Positions 1 to 9,802 of a DNA stretch of 64,000 bases are shown one piece after another. Position 1 is the stretch's first letter, and every line of letters starts with the position of its first letter. Below the pieces are notes generated by a model that worked only from the letters and a program-made list of their open reading frames with translations, was not told the DNA's origin and searched no databases. The stretch comes from Candidatus Dojkabacteria bacterium (GTDB taxonomy: Bacteria; Patescibacteriota; Dojkabacteria; SC72): NCBI GenBank assembly GCA_040767225.1, contig JAXGOY010000004.1:6180-70179 (forward strand), written 5' to 3'. A program made the translations under genes and the position numbers.

Positions 1-211
1 TAAAAAAATATATGCAAGACAATGGTTGCAGGTATCAAAGCATTATGCACTAGATGGAGATATTAAGAATACATTTAAGTATCTTCATACCTCCTTATCA
101 CATGGAATACTTTTTTCAAATAAATACAAATTCTTGATATTAGAAAACTATATTGCTCTCCCTTATCACTTATTAAAAGGTTTAATTAAAGGAGAAAGAA
201 ATGAAAGATAA
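1..211 (+). CDS. 3' end of a gene entering from the left edge, probably a polysaccharide-cluster glycosyltransferase
   Basis: Open frame from the window edge; its stop overlaps the next GT gene. Product inferred from context only. Confidence 0.4.
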   Translation, partial: KKIYARQWLQVSKHYALDGDIKNTFKYLHTSLSHGILFSNKYKFLILENYIALPYHLLKGLIKGERNER

Positions 212-1265
212 AAAGAGAATTTTAATAATTGCAGGATGTACAGATAAAAAGCTGATATCAAAAATATCCCCTGTACTTGATAGTAAGTATGTTGAAAAAG
301 TATATCTTGTCCGAAATACAAAAATGCAATATTCTCATTCTAAATTAGTACAGTATTCTGTGTTTAAACCATTTAGAAAAATACTTCCTCTTAGAGAAAC
401 AAATAGGGTAATTAGTAGTGTATATATTCTTTTGTTTAAGAGAATTGATATTATTCTTAGTATTCACTTTCTAATGCATGGTGTGTATGGGTATTTTCTT
501 TCAAAGATATTTAAGAAAAAGCATATATTCTTGTTTATTGAAAGTCCTAGGAAGTATAAAAAGGATAAATTAATGCTGAAGATGTTAAAAAATGCTGAGA
601 TTATAGGGGTAAGAGGAAGTGATTCTATGCAATATCTTCTTGAAAAAGGAATTGCAAAAGACAAAATCTTTATACCTCCTAATGAATTTGAGATACATGA
701 TATTGGAATAAGGAAGGAGAAGAAGATATATGATTTAATTTACATTGGTAACTTTGTAGATGTAAAAGATTTGCCCTTGTGGGTTGATACTGTAGAGTGT
801 ATTAAAAGAGATATTCCTAATATTAAATGTATAATGGTGGGTGATGGAGAAAGGTTTAATGATATTAAAGAAAGAATACATAGCAAGGGGTTAAAAGATA
901 ATATTGAGCTTGTTGGAAGAAAGAATAATGTAAATGAATATATTAAGAAGTCTAAACTTCTCCTTATGACATCTAAGAGTGAGGGTCTTCCTATGGTAGT
1001 TGTTGAGTGTATGGCATATGGTGTTCCTGCTGTTGTTCCTAATGTTGGTGATGTTAAAGATTTAGTTATACATGGGAAGAATGGAATAATTGTAAATAAA
1101 AGAGATGCTAAGGAATTTGCTAAGGAGATTATAAATATTTTAAGAGATGAAAAGAGATATAGAGAAATGTCACAGGAGTGTATAGAATCAATAAAAAGAA
1201 TGGTAAAGGATACATCACATGACAAGCTGGTTAAGTTGTGGGATTGTTTATTAAAAGAAATATAA
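201..1265 (+). CDS. Glycosyltransferase family 4 (GT-B)
   Basis: SKSEGLPMVVVECMAYGVPAV (E-x7-E) and NVGDVKDLVIHGKNG motifs. Confidence 0.9.
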   Translation: MKDKKRILIIAGCTDKKLISKISPVLDSKYVEKVYLVRNTKMQYSHSKLVQYSVFKPFRKILPLRETNRVISSVYILLFKRIDIILSIHFLMHGVYGYFLSKIFKKKHIFLFIESPRKYKKDKLMLKMLKNAEIIGVRGSDSMQYLLEKGIAKDKIFIPPNEFEIHDIGIRKEKKIYDLIYIGNFVDVKDLPLWVDTVECIKRDIPNIKCIMVGDGERFNDIKERIHSKGLKDNIELVGRKNNVNEYIKKSKLLLMTSKSEGLPMVVVECMAYGVPAVVPNVGDVKDLVIHGKNGIIVNKRDAKEFAKEIINILRDEKRYREMSQECIESIKRMVKDTSHDKLVKLWDCLLKEI

Positions 1266-1267
1266 CT

Positions 1268-2746
1268 ATGGCAGTAATTAAGAATACAACAATATATTTT
1301 AGTGTAAGTATTATTCAATCATTGATAAGCTTTTTGCTTTTACCTGTATTTACACATTTTCTTACTAAAGCACAGTTTGGATTAGTAAGTGTTGTTAATT
1401 CAATATCTGCACTACTTGCCATTTTCTTTATATTTGGTACACAAGCTGTTGTAAGTAGACTTTATTTTGAATACAAAGATAATGAAGAAAAGCTGAAAAC
1501 ATTCTTAGGAACAGTATTTCTTTCTAAAATCATATGGAATATTATTTTAGCTACAGTTCTTATACTTGGAAGAAACATTATATTTCCATTGATAGCTAAA
1601 GATATTAATTTTTATCCATTTCTTTTAATTGCAATAGGAATAGGATTTTTCTCTGTGATATTTAAAATATATCAGACACTGCAACAAACAGAGCAGAAAA
1701 GCAAAAGCTATGCAATTGATCAGATATTGTATCTTGTGCTTAATAATGGGATTACTGTTTTGCTCTTGGTTGTCTTTGATATGAAGGCAGAAGGGGTAGT
1801 ATTAGGTACTCTTATTGCAGATTTCCTTATGACTTTGGTTGTTTTCTTTAGATTGAAGAAAAGAATGATTCTTAAAATAGACAAAGATATTCTTAAAGAG
1901 TCTTTCTCATACTCTTGGCCGATATTCTTTCATGCCCTTTTTGGATGGGGGCTGGCTTCTGTAAACAGGTTAATACTTAATAATCTTGTATCTATTGAAA
2001 CTGTAGGTGTATATACCATTGGTTTTACAATAGCAGGTGTTGTTAACATGATTACTGTTGCACTAAATCATTCATATACTCCTTGGTTTTATAGCCAGAT
2101 GAAAAAAGAGAAGAGAGATAATAGTAATATTGTTAGATTTGCTGAGTTTATTATTCTTATATATTCAATTCTTTCTTTATGTATCTCTCTGTTTTCTCCT
2201 GAAGTAATCTACTTGTTTATAAATAAGGGGTATGTACAAGCATGGAAAGTAATTCCTTTTATATCATTCGGATATGTATTTAATGGGTTGTATTTCTTTT
2301 TTATTAACATCTTTAACTATACAAAAAAGGCGGTTAAGTATGTTCCGCTGTACTCTCTTTGCTGTTCACTAATAAATATTGGCTTAAACTATGTGTTAAT
2401 TCCTCGATATGGAATGATTGGTTCTGCTATTGCTACTATGATATCTATGTTTGTTTTAAGTTTAACTACATGTATTGGTTCAAAACAGTTTATTGATGTA
2501 GGGTTTAAGTACAAAAGGATGATATCTTTAATACTTCTTCCTTTCTTAATGTCATTGTTTGTGTTTATAAATCTTAATTTAAATTTCTGGGTTGTTTTAA
2601 TTATTAAAATCATATATGTATTGGTTTGTATCTTAATTCTGCTGTTAGTAAACAGAAAGCAATTTGGAGGAAGTATTGCACATCAAATAGATAATCTGAA
2701 AGTATATTTACATGGAATCAAAGGAGATAATAAAAATTCTAAATGA
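1268..2746 (+). CDS. wzx: Wzx-type polysaccharide flippase (MOP superfamily)
   Basis: About 12-14 TM segments; LLLPVFTHFLTKAQFG N-terminus and LNYVLIPRYGMIGSAIAT motif; likely ATG at 1268. Confidence 0.85.
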   Translation: MAVIKNTTIYFSVSIIQSLISFLLLPVFTHFLTKAQFGLVSVVNSISALLAIFFIFGTQAVVSRLYFEYKDNEEKLKTFLGTVFLSKIIWNIILATVLILGRNIIFPLIAKDINFYPFLLIAIGIGFFSVIFKIYQTLQQTEQKSKSYAIDQILYLVLNNGITVLLLVVFDMKAEGVVLGTLIADFLMTLVVFFRLKKRMILKIDKDILKESFSYSWPIFFHALFGWGLASVNRLILNNLVSIETVGVYTIGFTIAGVVNMITVALNHSYTPWFYSQMKKEKRDNSNIVRFAEFIILIYSILSLCISLFSPEVIYLFINKGYVQAWKVIPFISFGYVFNGLYFFFINIFNYTKKAVKYVPLYSLCCSLINIGLNYVLIPRYGMIGSAIATMISMFVLSLTTCIGSKQFIDVGFKYKRMISLILLPFLMSLFVFINLNLNFWVVLIIKIIYVLVCILILLLVNRKQFGGSIAHQIDNLKVYLHGIKGDNKNSK

Positions 2747-4127
2747 AATTGAAGAGAAATTTCCAGTAGATAAATGGAGTGTTGATGATTTAGATATATG
2801 GCCATATGTAAGGTTTAGGATTGGTTCAAAGCTTTCTGAAAGTAAATCTCCATCACAAAAGAATATTCTTTATGAGAGATATATTAAGAATCTTTATAAG
2901 TATTACAAGAATAATCTTAAGAATTGGTTAAAGAACAAAGACAAGAATGTTGATTTTTTGTTTGTTGAGAATGGTGTTCATATTGCAGATATAAAGGGGA
3001 AATATTACTTTACTAGAACAGATCCACTAAGGGATAAATTTGAAAAATCAGGTTATAAATGTAAGACAATAATAGGAGGGTATAAGGTGGAGACACCTTT
3101 GTATAATAGTGGAGAGTTTTTTCAATTCAGCTTGGATATGATGTTTGTACTTGATAAAGTGAAAATTTATTTTAAAAAGCCTCCTTTATTAAATTACAAA
3201 CTTGAGAATTATAGTGAATTTATTAATTTTCTTAAGCAAAATAATATATATTCAGAAGAGCTTGAGTTAAAGAACCTTTTAGCGCAAGTGAGTAGAATAA
3301 AAAGGATAGAGAAGTATTTTACTAAGAGGTTGAAAAAATTAAAACCTAAAGCAGTTTTCATACTTTGTTATTACAGTACATATGGTTTTGCCCTTGTATC
3401 TTCATGTAAAAAATTGTCTATTCCTGTAATTGATATCCAGCATGGAGTACAAGGAGATTTGCATTATGCATATGGTAGTTACAAAAGAGTTCCTAAAAAT
3501 GGGTTTAATCTACATCCTGATATCTTCTATGTATGGAGTGATGAAGAAAAGAGCTCATTATTAAAATGGATAAAAGGAAATACAAAGGTATTTGTAGGAG
3601 GAAATAATTTTTTAGAAATGTGGAAAGATGATAGTAATGAGGTAGTTCAATATTATACTAATATGCTTAAAGAGAGGTATTTACTTAGTAAATATTCAAA
3701 AGTAATTCTTTATACAGTTGATCCTCAAAATGGTCATGATAGGGAAATTATAAGGGCAATACAGCATAGTCCTTCTGATTGGTTTTGGTTTGTTAGAGTT
3801 CATCCTAAGAGAGTAGATATGCTTGAATATACTAAGAAAAGAATAGGAGATACAAAGTGTGGTTTTGCAATTGATAATATTTATCTCTTACCTTTGTATT
3901 CTTTTTTTAAGGTTTGTGATGTTCATATAACAGAGAGGTCTTCTACTATAATTGAAGCAGCTAATTTGGGTATAAAATCAATTGTTACATCAAAATATAG
4001 TTATGAAAGGTTTAAAAGGTTTGTTGATAGTGGAAAGATTGTATATTGCTGTGAATGGAAAGAGATTCTTAAATGTGCTAAAGGGTTAAAAAGAGATAAG
4101 TATGATATAAAAGAGGAAAGAAGATGA
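2712..4127 (+). CDS. Surface/capsule polysaccharide biosynthesis protein (GT-B-like, acidic sugar or phosphotransferase type)
   Basis: IDIQHG, RVHP and SSTIIEA motifs; follows the flippase. Confidence 0.6.
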   Translation: MESKEIIKILNEIEEKFPVDKWSVDDLDIWPYVRFRIGSKLSESKSPSQKNILYERYIKNLYKYYKNNLKNWLKNKDKNVDFLFVENGVHIADIKGKYYFTRTDPLRDKFEKSGYKCKTIIGGYKVETPLYNSGEFFQFSLDMMFVLDKVKIYFKKPPLLNYKLENYSEFINFLKQNNIYSEELELKNLLAQVSRIKRIEKYFTKRLKKLKPKAVFILCYYSTYGFALVSSCKKLSIPVIDIQHGVQGDLHYAYGSYKRVPKNGFNLHPDIFYVWSDEEKSSLLKWIKGNTKVFVGGNNFLEMWKDDSNEVVQYYTNMLKERYLLSKYSKVILYTVDPQNGHDREIIRAIQHSPSDWFWFVRVHPKRVDMLEYTKKRIGDTKCGFAIDNIYLLPLYSFFKVCDVHITERSSTIIEAANLGIKSIVTSKYSYERFKRFVDSGKIVYCCEWKEILKCAKGLKRDKYDIKEERR

Positions 4128-4184
4128 TATTATTAAACTTGTAAAAATGATTGAAGAGATTTAGTTAAGTTTAGATGTTTTTAT

Positions 4185-4667
4185 ATGGTTGATATTTTAA
4201 TATATGTGTTTTTATGTATTCTAGCTATTGGTGGAATAATTCTTACACTGTTTTCATTTCCTGGTGTATGGCTTGTGTATATTGCTATAGTTATTCTTGC
4301 ATTCTATGGAGATTTTTTAATTATTACTCCAGTAATATTAATAATACTGTTTTTTCTTTCACTTCTTTCTACCTTTATTGATAATATAACTGTTGCTCTT
4401 GGTGCTAAGAGTCTTGGAGGAAGTAAATATGGAGCAATTGGGGCAGTAATTGGATTGATGCTTGGGTCTATTATGGGAGGTATTGCAGGTATGCTCATAG
4501 GTTCTTTCTTGGGAGCTTCACTTGGTGAGTATCTCTTTTCTAAAAAAGATGCTCATAATAGTTTAAAAGCTGGTCTTGGGTCATTTATTGGTATAGTTAC
4601 AAGTATTGTATTGAAGATTGGGGTGTGTATCGGTATGATTATATATATACTTACTTTAATAATTTAA
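4185..4667 (+). CDS. DUF456-family membrane protein
   Basis: Gly-rich TM helices, GAKSLGGSKYGAIGA. Confidence 0.8.
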   Translation: MVDILIYVFLCILAIGGIILTLFSFPGVWLVYIAIVILAFYGDFLIITPVILIILFFLSLLSTFIDNITVALGAKSLGGSKYGAIGAVIGLMLGSIMGGIAGMLIGSFLGASLGEYLFSKKDAHNSLKAGLGSFIGIVTSIVLKIGVCIGMIIYILTLII

Positions 4668-4670
4668 ATT

Positions 4671-5849
4671 GTGCATATTATTGTTGACTGTACCACAACT
4701 CAGAATCAGTTAAATTTCCATGGTATTGGGAAGTATACAAAACATGTTGTTAAGGGATTAATTGAAAATGGTATTGATCTTACTCTTTTAATGTTTGATG
4801 GACCGTCAACTATAGATGAGTATATTAAGAGTAGTAATGTAGAAGTTTACAGATTAGGAGAGTTAAGGGTTTCTGATTACAAAAATATTATTACATACCA
4901 CAGTAAAATACTCCCTGCTATTAGAAAGGTAAGAAGACAGGATTCTATATATTTCTGTCCGTATTTTTGGATTGGTGTTCCTTCAAGGCATATTTCTACT
5001 GTTCTTATGGTTCATGATTTCATACTACCCATCTTTAACATATATTCAGAAAAAGGAGCTATTCAAAACTTTATTAAAAAGATTTTGTATTGGATTGAAA
5101 TGAGGAAAGCTAAATATTGTAGTGCAGTAATTGCTAATTCAAAATATACTGCAAAAGATTTCAAGAAGTACTTTCCTAAATATCCTAAAGAAAAAATATT
5201 TCCAATATACTTAGATGTTGAAACTGATATTGATGGGAATACAACTGGGTGGGATAGTAAATTACCAGAAGATTACAAGGAGAGGGGGTATTTTATATAT
5301 AGTGGGGGCGGTTTAACAAAAAACAAAAATTCTATTGGGGTTATAAGGGGGTATAGAGAGTTTCTTGCTAGGGTTAAGAATGATAAAAGGGCTCCGTATC
5401 TTGTAATTGCAGGAAAGGATTTTACAAAGGATATTAATCCTGAGGCTGTAAGATTTAAGAATATAGTTAAGTGTTTAGGATTGAAGGAGTATGTTATTTT
5501 TATTGGTTTTTATGAGGATAGTCATATTAAACCTTTGTTGCAAAATAGTATATCTTCTGTTCATTTATCTTTGTATGAGGGTTTTGGGATGGCTGCTGTT
5601 GAAGCAATGAGGTATGGTACACCAATTATTGCTCATAGAGGGTCTTGTTATCCTGAGATATTAGGTGATTGTGGTATTTTAGTTGATGGTTTGAATGAGA
5701 AGGAGGTTGGTGATGCTATGTATAGGGTATATTCTGATGAGGAGTTTAGAGATGGGATAATTAAGAAGGGTATTAAGAGGGCTGAAATGTTTTCATGGGA
5801 GAGGGCGGTTAAAGAAACAATAAGGGCATTTAAATCTTTAGACAAATAA
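4671..5849 (+). CDS. Glycosyltransferase family 4 (MtfB-like)
   Basis: GIGKYT N-terminus; SLYEGFGMAAVEAMRYGTP; FSWE tail. Confidence 0.9.
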   Translation: MHIIVDCTTTQNQLNFHGIGKYTKHVVKGLIENGIDLTLLMFDGPSTIDEYIKSSNVEVYRLGELRVSDYKNIITYHSKILPAIRKVRRQDSIYFCPYFWIGVPSRHISTVLMVHDFILPIFNIYSEKGAIQNFIKKILYWIEMRKAKYCSAVIANSKYTAKDFKKYFPKYPKEKIFPIYLDVETDIDGNTTGWDSKLPEDYKERGYFIYSGGGLTKNKNSIGVIRGYREFLARVKNDKRAPYLVIAGKDFTKDINPEAVRFKNIVKCLGLKEYVIFIGFYEDSHIKPLLQNSISSVHLSLYEGFGMAAVEAMRYGTPIIAHRGSCYPEILGDCGILVDGLNEKEVGDAMYRVYSDEEFRDGIIKKGIKRAEMFSWERAVKETIRAFKSLDK

Positions 5850-5963
5850 CCTAGGATAGGTTTCTTAAGTTAGGTCGAAATAGTTGAATACAACGAAGCA
5901 TTTTATAATTAAACGAAATTTTAGTATAATTTAGCATTTTATATAAATTAAAATAAAGTATTA

Positions 5964-6959
5964 ATGGAAGAAGAAAAGCTAATAGATACAAATAATACAC
6001 AAGAAAAAGTTGATATATCAGAAAGATTTGAAGTTAATGATTTAAAGAGCCCAAGATTTGAGGAGAGGCCACTCTTAGAAGAGCTTAAAATAGGTGAGAT
6101 ATCAGGTGCTCCACTATATACTTATCCACAAGCTGATTTTAAAACAGAGCCAGATCTTACCTTGGGAAGAAGATTAAATTCAATAATGGATGCTTCTTCA
6201 AAAACAGAGGTATTTCTAAGATTGGGTCTTATTGCTGGAAGTACACCTGCATTGTGGTCTCTTTTAACTAAAGGGATTTCTTCTGGTTTATCAAATGGGA
6301 CAATGGATATAATATATAGGATAAATGTTCCTCCTAAGGTAAACGGTTTACTAGATAATCTTGATATTGCGGTAGGATGTCTTCAGAGAAGAATTGTTAT
6401 TAGTAATGTTATTGCAAAAAATATAGCAGATAATGAAATTCAGAGAATAGTTTCTATAGCAGGTGGAAGTTGTATAATTCCTATTGAGGCTATTTATCAG
6501 ACTGGAAAATATGGTATGCAGATAGTAAGTGTAGATTATTCTCCTAAGGCAAATGAAAAAGCAGAAGCTATTAAAAAGGCTGGAGAAGAGTATAAAGATT
6601 TAGGTGTGGGAATAAAATATCTGTCCTCAGATTTGATAAATGAGGGGATTCCGTCAGAAATAGAGAGTTCTAAATCACAGCTTTTTGAATGTACTGGCTT
6701 TTGGGAGTATCTTAATCCAGATGATAGGAAAAAATTCTTGGATCGTATGTCAGAAGCTATGAAAGATTCTGATACCTTTATTTTGACAGCACTAGTAGAT
6801 AACCCTCAGCAGGCACTCTTTGATAAAATGGGATTTAAGCAGTTGCATCCTCAGAAAACAGAGGAATTTATAAAACAAATAGAGGAAGCTGGTTTACATG
6901 TTAAAGAGGTATATCTTACGCCTAATAAGGCATATGCTACTGCAATTATTAATCGTTAA
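5964..6959 (+). CDS. Class I SAM-dependent methyltransferase-like protein
   Basis: IVSIAGGS (motif I-like), SVDYSPKA (motif II), ECTGFWEYL (motif IV-like). Confidence 0.55.
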   Translation: MEEEKLIDTNNTQEKVDISERFEVNDLKSPRFEERPLLEELKIGEISGAPLYTYPQADFKTEPDLTLGRRLNSIMDASSKTEVFLRLGLIAGSTPALWSLLTKGISSGLSNGTMDIIYRINVPPKVNGLLDNLDIAVGCLQRRIVISNVIAKNIADNEIQRIVSIAGGSCIIPIEAIYQTGKYGMQIVSVDYSPKANEKAEAIKKAGEEYKDLGVGIKYLSSDLINEGIPSEIESSKSQLFECTGFWEYLNPDDRKKFLDRMSEAMKDSDTFILTALVDNPQQALFDKMGFKQLHPQKTEEFIKQIEEAGLHVKEVYLTPNKAYATAIINR

Positions 6960-7000
6960 AAAAAATTAAAAACTACTTATAAAATTAAAAACTGCCTATA

Positions 7001-9247
7001 ATGGAAAGTTATGTATATGCATTAATGTTTCTATCTATTGTTAATATCATCTTTGGTATATACACACTAAAGGAATCAAGAGTTACAACTTATATTAAAT
7101 ATTTTGCAGGAAGTTTGTTTTGTGTTGGCTTCTGGGGTATAGGACTAGGAGGCTTTTTAGCTGCTAAGTCACCTGAGGTGGCAATGTTATGGGCAAAGTT
7201 TCATTATGTCGCATCTATTTTGGTTGCATATTATTTACTAGTATTTGCACTGTCCTTAGCAAAAGAGAAACCAATTAAACCTTTTTACAGAATTTTACTC
7301 ATATTACCAATTCTTGCCATATCGGTAATTACTGTATGTTGTAATGATTTACTTCTTAAACAGGCAGTTATAGAAGAGGGTGGGAATGTGATGATACTTT
7401 ACAAACCAGGACATATAGTATATGCAATTGTGTTCGCTTCATATTTTATAGCAACTTTAGTTGTAGTGCTGAATAAGCTGTTAAAATCGTCAGGTATTAT
7501 TCAGAAGCAGATGATTTTGATTTTTGTTGGTCTCCTTATTTCAGGTGTTCTTGGAATGGTATACAATCTCATTCTTCCCCTTTTAGGAAATTATAAGCTG
7601 GTCTGGGTTGGTCCTCAGTTTACTGTTGTTTTCTTAGCTCTTATGTTCATTGGTATGGTTAGGTATCAACTGTTTAATATTAGACTCCTTGCTGGAAAGA
7701 TTCTTTTTACTGTACTTACATCAGTCATGATGTTTTTGGCATTTTTGTTTTTTACAAATATAGATAGGATTGTTTTTGAGGAAAGTGTAATTAATTTAGA
7801 ATTTGTTCTTTTTGGTTTGTTCTGTGCTTTCTTGTATTCAATCTTTTATGAAAGTTTTAGAGGTTTTGTATTAAATAAAATTCAATCTAAAATTATTACT
7901 CCTGGTTTGGATACTTCATTTGTATTGAAAGAGTACAATAGAAAGTTGGGCAAGTTATCTGCTAAAAATGAAATTCTTAATGAGTTTGCTGAAACTCTTA
8001 AGAAAGCACTTTCTCCAGAGTATATATCAATAATTACAAAAGAGGGTAATGAAGTTATAAATAAGCAGTATATTGAGTATCGTGATATTAATTACGAACT
8101 AATTTTTGAAACTATAGAGAAAGAAGAGGACTTAAAAGATATGAAATATCTTGCTCCTCCAACCTTGATGAGTATTCTTCAGGATGAGAATTCGTCAGCA
8201 GTTCTCTCTCTTGAGGAATTCATTAATGAGTTGCAAACTAAGGGATTAGTACTACTTCTACCTATAGTGTATGAACATGACCTTTTAGCAGTATGTGTTC
8301 TTGGGGAAGGAAATTCTTCTAGTTCAACTTATATAGATGAGGAGATAGAATTTCTAGAGTCATTATCTGATACAACTGCTGTGTATTTAACTCGTGCTAT
8401 TTTGTTTGAGCAACTGTCGGAATTTAATTCTGTACTTCAGCAGAAGGTAGATGAACAGACAAAGGAGTTACAGATAAAGGTGAAGGAGTTAGAAGAAGCA
8501 AGGAGAAAAGAGAATGACATGATAGATATAATGGGACATGAATTAAGGACACCAGCAACAATAGTAAAGTTGAATGCAGAGATGTTAAGGAAGTATATAG
8601 ATAGTAATCCTGAGGAGTATGCGAAGTATTTGGATAGAATAAGGAAGGCAATAGATACAGAGATAGGGTTAATAAATACACTTCTTACCTCTGCTAAGTT
8701 AGAAGGGAATAAGGTGGAGATAAGGAGAGAGAAGGTAGATATAAAAGAGAGTATAGAGATGTCAGTACATGGCAATGAGAGTGATTTAAAAGATGGTGTA
8801 AAGATATATACAGATATAGAGGAAGGACTTCCTTTTGCATATGCAGATAAGGTAAGAGTAATAGAGGTATTAAATAATTTAATAAGTAATGCAGTAAAGT
8901 ATACAGATAAAGGTAGAATAGATGTGAAGGCTAGATTTGATGAGAAGAACATAATAGTGAGTGTAAGTGATACAGGTAAGGGGATACCTAAGGAAGATAT
9001 ACCTAAATTAGGTAGTAAGTTTTACAGGGCGAATAATTATTTAGAATCAAAGATAGTAAGACCAGGAGGAACTGGCTTAGGTTTGTATGTAACTTTTAGA
9101 TTAGTGAAATTAATGGGAGGAAAGATAAATGTAGAGAGTGAAGAGGGTAAGGGTAGTACATTTACATTTACACTACCAAGATATATCAATCAGAAATTGG
9201 ATAATACAGATACGGTGGATAAATTTACTAAATTAGGACTTAAATAG
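7001..9247 (+). CDS. Membrane sensor histidine kinase (7TM N-terminus, GAF-like domain, HisKA, HATPase)
   Basis: HELRTP H-box, NLISNAVKYT N-box, DTGKGI and GGTGLGL G-boxes; multi-TM N-terminus. Confidence 0.92.
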   Translation: MESYVYALMFLSIVNIIFGIYTLKESRVTTYIKYFAGSLFCVGFWGIGLGGFLAAKSPEVAMLWAKFHYVASILVAYYLLVFALSLAKEKPIKPFYRILLILPILAISVITVCCNDLLLKQAVIEEGGNVMILYKPGHIVYAIVFASYFIATLVVVLNKLLKSSGIIQKQMILIFVGLLISGVLGMVYNLILPLLGNYKLVWVGPQFTVVFLALMFIGMVRYQLFNIRLLAGKILFTVLTSVMMFLAFLFFTNIDRIVFEESVINLEFVLFGLFCAFLYSIFYESFRGFVLNKIQSKIITPGLDTSFVLKEYNRKLGKLSAKNEILNEFAETLKKALSPEYISIITKEGNEVINKQYIEYRDINYELIFETIEKEEDLKDMKYLAPPTLMSILQDENSSAVLSLEEFINELQTKGLVLLLPIVYEHDLLAVCVLGEGNSSSSTYIDEEIEFLESLSDTTAVYLTRAILFEQLSEFNSVLQQKVDEQTKELQIKVKELEEARRKENDMIDIMGHELRTPATIVKLNAEMLRKYIDSNPEEYAKYLDRIRKAIDTEIGLINTLLTSAKLEGNKVEIRREKVDIKESIEMSVHGNESDLKDGVKIYTDIEEGLPFAYADKVRVIEVLNNLISNAVKYTDKGRIDVKARFDEKNIIVSVSDTGKGIPKEDIPKLGSKFYRANNYLESKIVRPGGTGLGLYVTFRLVKLMGGKINVESEEGKGSTFTFTLPRYINQKLDNTDTVDKFTKLGLK

Positions 9248-9793
9248 CCATACTCTTTTATCTTCTCCAATTATAATCTTTTTAGTTTTATCATTGTTAA
9301 ACCATTCTTTTGTATCTTTAATATTCTCTTTTATCTCTTTTAAACTATCTTTTTTAATATCTAAGATATAGCTATGTTGTTCTAGATTAGGATCATTAGT
9401 ATGAAGAAGAATAGAAGAGCTTCCGCATTTTACTGGAGCTACTGTCTGAAATATATCTTTACTGTAAAGAAGCTGATTGTTAATATCAAAAATTTCAATG
9501 GTTGTACTAAATTGATCTTTGCTTTTAATATCTCTATTTATATATTTGCAGTATACAAAGTTTTTATCATATCCATATATACAATTCTCACATGTATCTA
9601 TAATACTACTATCCCTATTCTCTGTATTAAATAACTGGGTGTATCCGTATGAGCTAAGGAGTACATTAGTATTATCAATCCAAAAAACCTCTACTGGGAG
9701 ATACTTTGTGTTTATCATATATTCCCTTGTATACTGTTCCTTTTGAGAAGGAAATATGAGGGAGAGAATGTAAAAAAGAATTTCTTTAAACAT
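9233..9793 (-). CDS. Hypothetical exported protein
   Basis: 186-aa ORF with hydrophobic N-terminus, downstream of the M23 gene. Confidence 0.55.
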   Translation of the reverse strand: MFKEILFYILSLIFPSQKEQYTREYMINTKYLPVEVFWIDNTNVLLSSYGYTQLFNTENRDSSIIDTCENCIYGYDKNFVYCKYINRDIKSKDQFSTTIEIFDINNQLLYSKDIFQTVAPVKCGSSSILLHTNDPNLEQHSYILDIKKDSLKEIKENIKDTKEWFNNDKTKKIIIGEDKRVWLFKS

Positions 9794-9802
9794 ATATTTT
9801 CT

